From Minisyncoccota bacterium (GTDB lineage Bacteria > Patescibacteriota > Minisyncoccia > Phycocordibacterales > SBAW01), in contig DASZSF010000004.1 of the NCBI GenBank assembly GCA_035548815.1, positions 57,261 through 121,260 on the forward strand: 64,000 nt of DNA, in the 5' to 3' direction. The translations under genes and the position numbers were made by a program. Below are positions 30,836-40,176 of the stretch, piece after piece; within the stretch, counting starts at the first letter, position 1; every line of letters starts with the position of its first letter. Under the pieces are notes generated by a model. The model saw only the letters and a list, made by a program, of their open reading frames with translations, did no database searches and was not told where the DNA came from.

Positions 30836-31913
30836 TCTTGGCCCGCGCGTCCCAGGTAGAAGCCTCGGCTTTCGAGCGCGCCGCGTGCGCGAGCGCCTCG
30901 GCATGCGCGCGCTCTTTACGCACACGCTCGATAGCATGCGCGAGCGCTCTCGCGTCGTCGGGCACGAACGCGGTTGCGCAGTCCTGCAGCACCTCGCGCA
31001 TGACGGGCAGATCAGAATAGATGATCGGCTTCCCGCTCGCCATATATTCGTATGCCTTCATGGGGAAGCCGTAGTCGCGGAAATGCGGCTGGTCGGGGTA
31101 CGGAATCGCGAGCGCATCCACAGCCTGCTCGTAGGCAGGAACATGCTCTGTGGGCACGAGAGGCACAAATATGCACCGGTCTTCCACGCCCTCTTTCTCT
31201 GCATACGCGCGATACTCCTCTATCTCCCCCGCCCGCCCGCCTACGAACACCATCTTCATCGTTCGATCATCGCTATGGCGCAGGGCTTTGATCATGACTT
31301 CGAGCCCTTTGCTCATGCCAAGGGTCTTGTAGAGGCCCACGTACCCGACCAAAAAGCCCTCCGGAAGCCCCAATTCCTGCCGCAGTGCAGTTGTATTTTT
31401 TGACGCACTATAGGGGGCAAGGTCCACCCCTCCGTAGGCTACGACGACGCGTCCAGCATCGACGCCGGTTGCGGCGACAAGCTGGTTCTTGAGATGGCGC
31501 GTCGTCGCAACCAAGCAGTCGCTTCCCTCTGCCACCGCCCTGTCGCGCCAGTCGCCAAAAAGCATATGCCAATCCGACGCGATGCGGAACGACGCGCCCA
31601 GCACCCGCCGCCAAAACATAAGGAGCACGAGGAGGTTGGGGTCGTTCGCAAAGTACACCGTGTCCTTGCCCGCCCCGTATGTGCGTATGAGGCCGGGCAG
31701 CTTAAAGAAGTACTGTAGTCGCACGCCACGCCGCACGCGCAGATGTACGTTTTCGTGAGGAATACCGGCAAGCGCGTTTTCCGCAGCCTCCGCCACCACA
31801 AGCGTAAAGGCGCCCGGCAGCAAACGAGCGAACGCGTCCGCCATTTTCTCGACAAAAAAATGGTCAGCGGTGGAAGCCGGATATGTCTTTGCCGTCACAT
31901 AGACGAGCTTCAT
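30807..31913 (-). CDS. GT4 glycosyltransferase
   Basis: YVG...KG, PMKAYEYMASGKPII. Confidence 0.88.
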   Translation of the reverse strand: MKLVYVTAKTYPASTADHFFVEKMADAFARLLPGAFTLVVAEAAENALAGIPHENVHLRVRRGVRLQYFFKLPGLIRTYGAGKDTVYFANDPNLLVLLMFWRRVLGASFRIASDWHMLFGDWRDRAVAEGSDCLVATTRHLKNQLVAATGVDAGRVVVAYGGVDLAPYSASKNTTALRQELGLPEGFLVGYVGLYKTLGMSKGLEVMIKALRHSDDRTMKMVFVGGRAGEIEEYRAYAEKEGVEDRCIFVPLVPTEHVPAYEQAVDALAIPYPDQPHFRDYGFPMKAYEYMASGKPIIYSDLPVMREVLQDCATAFVPDDARALAHAIERVRKERAHAEALAHAARSKAEASTWDARAKTILAALAAL

Positions 31914-32093
31914 GGTTGGACTATAATAGCACGGTGATTGAAAAATTTAAAAAGCTTGTGCATGCCCCACGTCTCCTGTGCAACAGATTTGGATATTGCG
32001 TGCGCCGGTATCGGATGCCGCAATCGAGCGTATCCTCAAATAGGACAGTACTGTGACCGTATTCACGAATATTCATTTCCTTAGGAAAGGAAT

Positions 32094-32939
32094 TTATCGT
32101 TCAGGCCGAGCAACATACGTATCATATCGCCCAATGAACGAAGCGAAGTTTTCGCGCGTGCATTCTTCCCCTCCTAATGTAAAAAGACTGTACTTATGCT
32201 GTTGGAGCCAAACAAGAATATCATCACGCGTATGCGGGTACACCACAAGATTCTTTGGCTCTATTTCCAAAAACAAAACGGGGCGGACGTTCTCTAAGAA
32301 TTCCGTAGCGCCTTCAAGTATCCACAACTCCGACCCTTCGGTGTCGAGCTTCATCACATCAACACGTGGCTTGCCGGCACGCTTCCACCACAGGTCAAAC
32401 GTGATCATTTGGACATCGACGGGAATAGGTTCGCCTGCCCTGCCGGTATCGAAAAATCCGTCGCCTGAAGAATCCGGCGAGAAATGGGTTATGAATTGAA
32501 CCATCCCTTCTTTATTGCCAAGCGCCTGCGGAGAGAGCGTGATTCTGTGCGACAATGCATTCTTCTGTATCGTCATAGCAAAATACCGATGTTGTTGAGG
32601 TCCTGGTTCGAACGCATATATGCACGTGCCTGGTGCATGTGAAGCGACATACAAGCTTATGAGGCCAATATTCGCCCCGACATCAAGAAAGACAGCGCCT
32701 GACGGAGGAAGTTCGGAGGTAATGGCCTTGCACATTTTCTCTTCAAAAATCCGGGACGGCCGGATTTTTTTGATAAGGATATCGCCCGCCCCGTACCACA
32801 AATCATACCCGCAATACGGAATATGACAGAGCGCGGAACCGCCGTTCATAATCCTGTCTTTAACAATAGCCTGGTAGTGCCGCAGAAAGTTCCACACACG
32901 CTTCGGAGTCATCTTTTTTACTGATGATTTTAACGTCAT
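32094..32939 (-). CDS. FkbM-family methyltransferase
   Basis: FLDVGANIG, YAFEP, KLDTEGSE. Confidence 0.92.
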   Translation of the reverse strand: MTLKSSVKKMTPKRVWNFLRHYQAIVKDRIMNGGSALCHIPYCGYDLWYGAGDILIKKIRPSRIFEEKMCKAITSELPPSGAVFLDVGANIGLISLYVASHAPGTCIYAFEPGPQQHRYFAMTIQKNALSHRITLSPQALGNKEGMVQFITHFSPDSSGDGFFDTGRAGEPIPVDVQMITFDLWWKRAGKPRVDVMKLDTEGSELWILEGATEFLENVRPVLFLEIEPKNLVVYPHTRDDILVWLQQHKYSLFTLGGEECTRENFASFIGRYDTYVARPER

Positions 32940-33580
32940 ACGCGGGCGACTGTCGCGGTCACTATATAGCCTAGCGCATAATCGCTCCTTTGGTAACGCT
33001 TGGATGAGGCCCTACTTAATGCAGCAAAAGACATATCGAGCAGCCGGACGACGTGACGGCTGATCGTGTAATTGAAGTACCGCAATGGAATCGGCAGCAG
33101 ACGATCTATCATAAGGAGCCGAGCAGCAAATACACCGCTTCCCAGTGCCTCTACTTTTATCTCTGTGCAGCCGACAAGCGTAAGTTCTCGTTCAAGCGCC
33201 GTAGCGCTGAATCTATGGAAATCCTGGGGCGAGGGGTGATACGGGAATAGAAACGGGACGAGAATGGTAAGAGTCCCTCCAGGACGAACCACCCTACACG
33301 CCTCCTTCAAAAAAGCATGGTACCCAAATATGTGTTCGAGCACATTCATCAAAAGCGCGTGGTCATACGAAGCATCATTCAAAGGCAAAGGAAGCTCAAG
33401 GTCATGAAGAAGGTCTGGGCACGCTTGTTTGCTCACGTTAACAGTATAGAAGGTGTGGTCTCCCCCCAAAAGCCTCTGATAATGCGAACCTCTCTCCCCA
33501 CCCAAATCAAGCACCGACCCATTTAGCACTTGTTCCGAAAGAATTCGCTCTTCCTCAATCCTAAGCAGTGAAGGAATCAT
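32936..33580 (-). CDS. Class I SAM-dependent methyltransferase
   Basis: VLDLGG, NVLEHI, RPGG, PFLFPYHPSPQDFHRF. Confidence 0.88.
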   Translation of the reverse strand: MIPSLLRIEEERILSEQVLNGSVLDLGGERGSHYQRLLGGDHTFYTVNVSKQACPDLLHDLELPLPLNDASYDHALLMNVLEHIFGYHAFLKEACRVVRPGGTLTILVPFLFPYHPSPQDFHRFSATALERELTLVGCTEIKVEALGSGVFAARLLMIDRLLPIPLRYFNYTISRHVVRLLDMSFAALSRASSKRYQRSDYALGYIVTATVARV

Positions 33581-34644
33581 AAGTGTTTAGGGGTTGGCTT
33601 GTAACGGTTGAAAAACACCGCCATGCGCCTTGCCACATGTTCCGCATCACATTGTTCAACTGCATATGCCCGGGCCTGGGCGCCCAGACGCGCACGCAAC
33701 TCATCATCCTCGAGAAGGCGCCTGATTGCTGAACGCAATTCGGGCACGCTCTTTTGAGCTACCAGTATACCTGTTTCCCCGCTGCGTATGTATGACTCCA
33801 TGGCAAACGTCTTGCTCGCGATAACCGCCTTTCCCATTGCCATCGCCTCCACAAGCGTTGAAATACCCATGGAGTCATTAGTCCCTCCGGCAGTGTTCAA
33901 AGGCAGTACCACTATCTTTGAGGCAGCATACTCATCCAACAATTCCTCTTCGGAAAGCCGACGGACTTCGACATTGGAAGGCAGCGCGCGGGGAAAACGT
34001 TTCACTCTGTGAGATCTTGTGACCAAAAGGCGTACCGGCAAGCCTTCTAGGGCGGCAAACAATGTGGGATAGTCCCGTCCCGGATCCAACCCCACGCTTA
34101 GAATTTGATTTTTTTCTTGAACATCTCGAGGCCTAAAATACTCCGTATCAGTTCCGTACGGTATATACTCTATCTTTCCCCGCAACATCGGAAATCGCAG
34201 TTCCAGGCGGTTTTTTTCTTCTTCACTTATCGTCACTATCCCGGAACTATGTCGAATGATAAACGAAAGGAGTTTCTGCCGCCACGTTGCGAGATCACCT
34301 AAAAACCCGGTGAGGCTATAGTCGTACAGCACCCACTTTGGCTTTGTAACGCCAAATAGTATCCATAATAACTGGGATGAAAACGAATTCACATGAAAGA
34401 CTACATCATTCGAGAAAAAAGCAGGGAACAGCGGCAGGTGAGAAAGGTACACGCGTAATATATGGTGCCTCAGCCACGAAGCGACGGCGCGCGGCATGTA
34501 GTGTTCCAGCTCTACGTACGCTGTGTTTATTCCATACTTCCGAAGGCGGAGGAGACCATAAAATTGATTGTCACTTAATTCCCCTCGGGCAACACGCTCA
34601 AGTTTGTCACCCCTATATGCTGAATACAAGTAAAGCAGTTTCAT
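33577..34644 (-). CDS. GT4 glycosyltransferase
   Basis: GTDTEYF, RDYPTL, EAMAMGKAVIAS. Confidence 0.88.
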   Translation of the reverse strand: MKLLYLYSAYRGDKLERVARGELSDNQFYGLLRLRKYGINTAYVELEHYMPRAVASWLRHHILRVYLSHLPLFPAFFSNDVVFHVNSFSSQLLWILFGVTKPKWVLYDYSLTGFLGDLATWRQKLLSFIIRHSSGIVTISEEEKNRLELRFPMLRGKIEYIPYGTDTEYFRPRDVQEKNQILSVGLDPGRDYPTLFAALEGLPVRLLVTRSHRVKRFPRALPSNVEVRRLSEEELLDEYAASKIVVLPLNTAGGTNDSMGISTLVEAMAMGKAVIASKTFAMESYIRSGETGILVAQKSVPELRSAIRRLLEDDELRARLGAQARAYAVEQCDAEHVARRMAVFFNRYKPTPKHL

Positions 34645-35684
34645 GCCAGAGTAGGATTCATCTCGCGCACAAAGCGTCTCGCCAGATTATTGAGCGAATG
34701 ATATGACGCGAACACACGTTCCTGTTTGATATTTTTTGTCCTCGTATCCGCATCCATTTCCAGAGCATGTGAAAGTTTTTTTGCAATTTCTGCAGGCCCA
34801 TACGATTGAATAACGAGCGGCTGCTCAAGGTAACCGGCCGCGTCCTTATTGGCGGTGACAACTATGCACTCGCATGCTGCTGCTTCCAGTATCGTCTTGT
34901 CGAACATTCCTTGAGGACTCACATTTACAAATATTTCATGCGCGTTATAGATCTCCGGCGCTTTGTCGTTTGCGATGCCTGAAAAAAACGATACATATTC
35001 GACTAGCCCTAATTCCTGCACGCGAGCATACAGCTTTTTTTCGTACTCTGCGTCAGCAGGAAGCACACTACCATAGATCGATGCAGTAAACTCAACTTTC
35101 TCTTTTTTCAAAATGTCGAAAGCCTCGATAAGCAGGTGAATATTTTTTGAAGGTGAAATTCTGCCGAGTGAAAGAATGGAGCGAGCCTTTCGCTCTATAG
35201 CGGGCATACGAATAAATTTTTCGAGCGGAACGCCCACAGGCATACACACCGCATTGCTAAACTTTGCTGTATAGGAACTATTCGAAGTGTAAAAAACTTT
35301 TTTGCAAAACCATGCAGCGATATCTGTAAGGAGTGAGCCGGCATAATGGTTCCGCCAGAGGTATACGCGCTTGCCTAAAAGCTTCCACAGCCATCCGCCC
35401 AAGAGCACATATTCCTGATTCATATGCACGAACACTGCATCATATTCATTTCGTTTCTGCCATATGCGCGCAAAAAACTTCCATGCATACGAAAGCCGCG
35501 ATGGCTTGGACTCTTTACCAAGCGATACGACTTCTATATTTTGCGGGAATGTATTTCTTCCTTTTTTGAGACATAGCACAGTCGCCTGTTCTGCATGCGC
35601 AGCAATAGTCTCGACCCACGAATGGTATACGCTCAGCGTCGGGTCATCTAAATCTATAGCTTGTGTAATGATGAGAAGTTTCAT
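34641..35684 (-). CDS. GT4 glycosyltransferase
   Basis: GRISPSKNI, FDKTILEAAACE. Confidence 0.88.
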   Translation of the reverse strand: MKLLIITQAIDLDDPTLSVYHSWVETIAAHAEQATVLCLKKGRNTFPQNIEVVSLGKESKPSRLSYAWKFFARIWQKRNEYDAVFVHMNQEYVLLGGWLWKLLGKRVYLWRNHYAGSLLTDIAAWFCKKVFYTSNSSYTAKFSNAVCMPVGVPLEKFIRMPAIERKARSILSLGRISPSKNIHLLIEAFDILKKEKVEFTASIYGSVLPADAEYEKKLYARVQELGLVEYVSFFSGIANDKAPEIYNAHEIFVNVSPQGMFDKTILEAAACECIVVTANKDAAGYLEQPLVIQSYGPAEIAKKLSHALEMDADTRTKNIKQERVFASYHSLNNLARRFVREMNPTLA

Positions 35685-35688
35685 GTTT

Positions 35689-36573
35689 TTAGAGCGTATC
35701 TCGCCATTGGCGTTTCCATTCTTCGCGTGTTGGCATCGTAAGTTTCAACTCCCCTTTCGTACCTTCTGCAAACACGTCTTTCAAGGCATGAGCAAGCTCT
35801 ATATGTGGCACCACTACCGCTCCCGCCTGGCGTGCAATGCCGACGTCGGGGGCCACAACAGGCACGCCTGCAGCCAAGGCTTCAATAATACTTGCCCCAA
35901 AACTTTCCTGCCATGATGTGCAAAGTACTGCGTCAGCCTTTTCAAGATATGGGAGCGGGTCGACCCAGCCTGGGAACTCTACATGTACTCCCACCGCCCC
36001 TCGTTCAAGCTCTTCTTTCATGCGACCATCGCCGAGCATGATTAACCGCACATCAGGTATAGTACGAGCTACCTCTTTAAAAATACTAAGCGCGGCACGT
36101 GGATTCTTTTCATGCTCAAAGCGCCCGATCCAAAGCACAGTTTTGCCTTCGTGCGAAATCCGATGCACAGATCTGAATTTTTCTAGTTCGACGAATATTG
36201 GAAGCACGTGGACATCAGGGACACCCAAAAGTTCGGCTTGTGTCTTTAGTTTGTTCGATACGACCCGCACAGAATCTGCGCGACGAAGTACGTATCCCGC
36301 GATCATCCGTTTGATAAACGACTGATTGGCGAGATCTGCATGGAGTTGCGCAGAGAATCGCACCTTCGCCTTGCGTGCGGCACGCAAGGCTGCAAGTCCG
36401 CGCCAAAACGGGTCTTGCACTGTGACAACGTCAAATCTCCGCGCGTCGGGAATGCGCGCCGCTCCTTTGCCCCAATACACGACCTGCAACTCATCAACAG
36501 CTTCTCGCTGCAATTCAAAACGTGCGTTGCCCGGACCAAAACGTTTATCGCCGGTTATCGTGAGTACTTTCAT
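35689..36573 (-). CDS. GT4 glycosyltransferase
   Basis: GRFEHEKN, ESFGASIIEALAAGVPVV. Confidence 0.88.
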   Translation of the reverse strand: MKVLTITGDKRFGPGNARFELQREAVDELQVVYWGKGAARIPDARRFDVVTVQDPFWRGLAALRAARKAKVRFSAQLHADLANQSFIKRMIAGYVLRRADSVRVVSNKLKTQAELLGVPDVHVLPIFVELEKFRSVHRISHEGKTVLWIGRFEHEKNPRAALSIFKEVARTIPDVRLIMLGDGRMKEELERGAVGVHVEFPGWVDPLPYLEKADAVLCTSWQESFGASIIEALAAGVPVVAPDVGIARQAGAVVVPHIELAHALKDVFAEGTKGELKLTMPTREEWKRQWRDTL

Positions 36574-37646
36574 AAAGCTGTAAGAAGTGCGGAGACGCTG
36601 TCAAGCGTGCGGTCTATAGAAAAATATTTCGATTTCTCCCGTGCTGCGGCGCGGCGCATACGCCACGCGTCCTTGTCAGCATAGACGCTCTCAAGGGCGG
36701 CGAGGAACCCCGCTTCGTCATTAGGCGCAAGGAGGATGCCTTCTTTTCCGTTCTCAATCAATTCCGGAATACTTCCAATATTCGTGGCGATAATCGAGGC
36801 TCCCACGGTCATCGCTTCGGCGATCTGAAAAGAAAAACTCTCGAACGAGGAATTGAGCACGAAGGCGTCTGTGGCCTCGCACCAGCCAAGCACCTCTGCG
36901 CGAGGGATTTCTCCTGTAAATGTTACGCGCTCGCGCACGCCCTCCGTCTGTGCCAATGCTTCAAGCGACGCCCGTTCCGGGCCGTCCCCCACGATGACTA
37001 AGTGCCATGCTGGCATACGCGTCAGCACGCGCATCAAAAGGCCGAACCCTTTCCAGGGCACGAGACGTCCAATCGACACCATACAGGGATGTGCTATAGG
37101 TCCCCTAGGTCTTCGGGATTCTTCCTCTCCTATGCCGTTATAGATGACAACAAGGCGTTCCGACAAAACACCCCAGGTCAGGACCACCGTCCGAAAATAG
37201 ATGCTCGGCACGATAACGCGATCGGCGCGTCTTACGACAAAGCGTTGTACGCGGCGCACCGCCTCGGTGCGGAGTCTGTATCGCCGTGTTTGAAACACAT
37301 CTATGGTGTCGGTGATACCCCATCGCTGGCGCGCCTGTTCCCATGCATAGTCTCCGGGCACGCGAACAACGAATCTCTTTCGTAGCAGGAACGCTGCAAG
37401 TGCAGCAGGAAGGCCGACTGATACAGTATCTTGCGCAAATAGGGCGTCCGCCGGGCGCGCAAGCCAGCACAGCCACAGGAAGTACACCGTATGCCGCAGG
37501 AACCTGGGCAAATGCCGCACAGCGCCAAACGGGAGTACATCTACTCTAATCCCTCGTGAAGGCAGATGTTCTTCAAACAGCTTTGCATATGTCGCCGGCC
37601 CTCCGACATCGGGGGGATAGAGGCCTGTAGCTAAGAGAATTCGCAT
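36570..37646 (-). CDS. GT4 glycosyltransferase
   Basis: YPPDVGGPATY, GRLVPWKG, ESFSFQIAEAM. Confidence 0.9.
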   Translation of the reverse strand: MRILLATGLYPPDVGGPATYAKLFEEHLPSRGIRVDVLPFGAVRHLPRFLRHTVYFLWLCWLARPADALFAQDTVSVGLPAALAAFLLRKRFVVRVPGDYAWEQARQRWGITDTIDVFQTRRYRLRTEAVRRVQRFVVRRADRVIVPSIYFRTVVLTWGVLSERLVVIYNGIGEEESRRPRGPIAHPCMVSIGRLVPWKGFGLLMRVLTRMPAWHLVIVGDGPERASLEALAQTEGVRERVTFTGEIPRAEVLGWCEATDAFVLNSSFESFSFQIAEAMTVGASIIATNIGSIPELIENGKEGILLAPNDEAGFLAALESVYADKDAWRMRRAAAREKSKYFSIDRTLDSVSALLTAL

Positions 37647-37664
37647 GAATAAATCGTATCGCCT

Positions 37665-38777
37665 TTAAGACAGAGCGGCAAAGGCCTCCTCGTTCATACG
37701 GCGCGCCACAATATCCCAATCATACTGGGCGGCGAGCGCTTTCGCCCGTGCAGCAATTGCAGCGCGTTCATCTGCATGTAGAAGCGCGCGAGTAACTGCC
37801 GCCGCAATGTTTTTTGGATTATCAACTTCTGCAACATACCCCGTCTCGCCATCTTTCAGAAAATCCGGAATGCCCCCAACGTGTGTACCGATAATCGGAA
37901 GTCCTGCAGCCATCGCTTCGATAAATGCATTTCCCATTCCCTCTGATCGGCTCGGACGAATAAAAATGTCAGCCCGCTCCAGAAATTGAGGCAGTTCTCT
38001 GTGGTCGATATGTCCTACAAATTCTACGCGGCTAGCAACCCCTGCCGTTTGCGCAAGCTCTTTGAGCATTACTTCATCAGGCCCAGTTCCTGCAACTTTG
38101 AAACGCACTGTTTCTGGCAGCAATGCTAGCGCGCGAATTACATCATCGACTGCATTTTTATGTACGAGGCGGGAGGCAGTCACAAGTACAATTCCTTCAT
38201 GCTCCACGCGCGATACCGAAAAATGCGCGAGATCTACACCATTTGGAATGATATGAACAGGCCCTTGATAGCCAGCATGTTTTGCCCAGGTTCCCAAAAA
38301 ATTTGAAATGGCGGTGATTGAACGGGCGCGCATGAAACCATACGACAAAAGTGGCGCGAAGAATTTAATGTACCAGCGCTCAAAGACATGTTCGAACGGG
38401 TCCCCTTCTTGGAGGGTCAGAATATATGGAACATGCACGCCAAAAAGTATTCGAAGTAGCGCAATGGGAAACGTCATGTACGACATCATCGCCCACATCC
38501 CATCAAAATGTTGTACACTGAGCGTCCGCGCTCGAAGTACTGCACGTGGAATAAATAGAACCTTCGAAAGATACGATGCGCCGCTCCCAACACGGTACAC
38601 GTGCACGCGGCCGACTATTTCTTCCATCGGTTCGTCCTGGCTCCACCGCATGGTGACCATATGGAACTCGATGTTGGGCAGGCGGTCAGTGATCTCTTTT
38701 ATTGCCACTTCAGCACCGCCAACATGCGGGTAGTAGGCCAAGGAAAATATCAGTATTTTCTTCTTTTGTTCGGGCAT
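37665..38777 (-). CDS. GT4 glycosyltransferase
   Basis: GGAEVA, IPNGVD, SRLVHKN, EGMGNAFIEAMAAGLP. Confidence 0.9.
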   Translation of the reverse strand: MPEQKKKILIFSLAYYPHVGGAEVAIKEITDRLPNIEFHMVTMRWSQDEPMEEIVGRVHVYRVGSGASYLSKVLFIPRAVLRARTLSVQHFDGMWAMMSYMTFPIALLRILFGVHVPYILTLQEGDPFEHVFERWYIKFFAPLLSYGFMRARSITAISNFLGTWAKHAGYQGPVHIIPNGVDLAHFSVSRVEHEGIVLVTASRLVHKNAVDDVIRALALLPETVRFKVAGTGPDEVMLKELAQTAGVASRVEFVGHIDHRELPQFLERADIFIRPSRSEGMGNAFIEAMAAGLPIIGTHVGGIPDFLKDGETGYVAEVDNPKNIAAAVTRALLHADERAAIAARAKALAAQYDWDIVARRMNEEAFAALS

Positions 38778-38799
38778 AGAAAAAGGCCTGTGTGTAGCC

Positions 38800-40176
38800 T
38801 TATTCTACTTCAAACTCCTGATCTTCCCCACTAGTTTCTGCTTTTCTGTCCATATGCCTAAAAGGCCACCCTAGGCGCTCGCGGGGCACGATATATGATG
38901 CAGCGCCAAGTCCTATCAGCACGATTCCAAGAACCCCTAGCCCCCATGCCCACAGAGGCCACGGCGCGTGCGAAGCTCCTACTGCCGCTACTAAACTTGT
39001 ATCGGGTGATGGCTTTTTTGGTTGCGCCGACTGCGGCGATGCCGAAGCAGAGCCGGCCTCGTCGCGCTTTGCGCGGTCGAGAGGCTGCTGCGCAGGCTTT
39101 ACCAGCGTTTGTGTTGGTGATTGTGATTCTGATTGAGGCACGGCGGTCGCAACTACAGCATTGTTTGGATAGCGCAACACAACATCTTCCCCCACACTCA
39201 TATGCATCACGGACGGCGCAAACTGGATGCGCGCATTGCCGACAAGAATTGTGTCTTGTGGAATAGAAAAACTATTAGCACCGGATGTGATGCTCCATAA
39301 ACCAATATTGAGTTCGTACGGCGACTGATTTGAAAGAACGACCGAGCCATCAGATTCCGCAAGCACGCCGATGCGCGCAGGAGCTGCCTCCACACTCGTT
39401 CGCACAATGCCCGCGCTGTCTCCAGGCACCGATGCCGTGAGCATTACAACGTACGTGCCTGGGTACGCATACACATGAAATACTGTCTGCCCTTCTTGGA
39501 TAGCTCCGTCGCCAAAATTCCACAAAAAGCGAACACCCTTCCCCTTAGCACCACTTGAATCAGACGCCGATGCGCTAAAGAACGAACCGGCACCCGCCGT
39601 AGCAACTGGCTCTGTTTGTATTTCTACATGTAGTGTTTCGGCCGCGCCGCCAACGTTTGAAATGGTCGTTGTTTGCGCTTGCTGGGTTCCGGTTTGAGTT
39701 TGCGCGGGAGACGAATCTGCATCGTCGTTACTTAGAGATCCGCCCGCGACGCTCGAACCAATAGTTATAGTTTGTGTAAGCGTCGCAATAACAGAAGCAA
39801 GAGCATCAGCCCACAAGGCACACGACGCGCTCACGGTGTCGGGTTTAGGCGCCACTTTTGCCACAAGTGTAAACGTGCCAGCAGTAGAATCTTTGTAAAA
39901 GATGGAGCGGTTCGAAGTATTTTTGCTCATCGTGACTGCCACGACAGAGTTCCAATTTGTCGCACTTGAAGAAAACTGCCCCGTGGAAGAAGTACTCGAC
40001 AAAAGCACGCATGTCGTCGCGCTCGCAGGAGCATTTGCCGCAACAGTTATAGCGCCCGACACAGTGCCAGGCGCTACTGTTTGCGCATCTGTCGAAAAAA
40101 AGAACGAGTCATCGGCGCTCGCACACAGCGGCAGCATCAGCGCACACACAATATAGGCGGCCTTAGCGGTTCGCAT
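38800..40176 (-). CDS. Secreted, membrane-anchored PKD-domain surface protein
   Basis: Signal peptide; WNFGDG...HVYAYPGTYVVMLT PKD motif; following lamin-tail-like beta domain; C-terminal TM. Confidence 0.8.
   Translation of the reverse strand: MRTAKAAYIVCALMLPLCASADDSFFFSTDAQTVAPGTVSGAITVAANAPASATTCVLLSSTSSTGQFSSSATNWNSVVAVTMSKNTSNRSIFYKDSTAGTFTLVAKVAPKPDTVSASCALWADALASVIATLTQTITIGSSVAGGSLSNDDADSSPAQTQTGTQQAQTTTISNVGGAAETLHVEIQTEPVATAGAGSFFSASASDSSGAKGKGVRFLWNFGDGAIQEGQTVFHVYAYPGTYVVMLTASVPGDSAGIVRTSVEAAPARIGVLAESDGSVVLSNQSPYELNIGLWSITSGANSFSIPQDTILVGNARIQFAPSVMHMSVGEDVVLRYPNNAVVATAVPQSESQSPTQTLVKPAQQPLDRAKRDEAGSASASPQSAQPKKPSPDTSLVAAVGASHAPWPLWAWGLGVLGIVLIGLGAASYIVPRERLGWPFRHMDRKAETSGEDQEFEVE
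39041..39097 (-). repeat. 57-nt palindromic element, copy B (in-frame in the PKD protein linker)
   Basis: GCCTGCGCAGCAGCCTCTCGA-CCGCGC-AAA-GCGCGA-CGAGGCCGGCTCTGCTTCGGC. Confidence 0.85.

Noticed and set aside
31933-32043. Short plus-strand GTG ORF (VIEKFKKLVHAPR...) after TATAAT
   Set aside because: Only 36 aa with no recognisable motif; the AT box is explained by the promoter of the minus-strand GT4 gene; a gene remnant cannot be excluded
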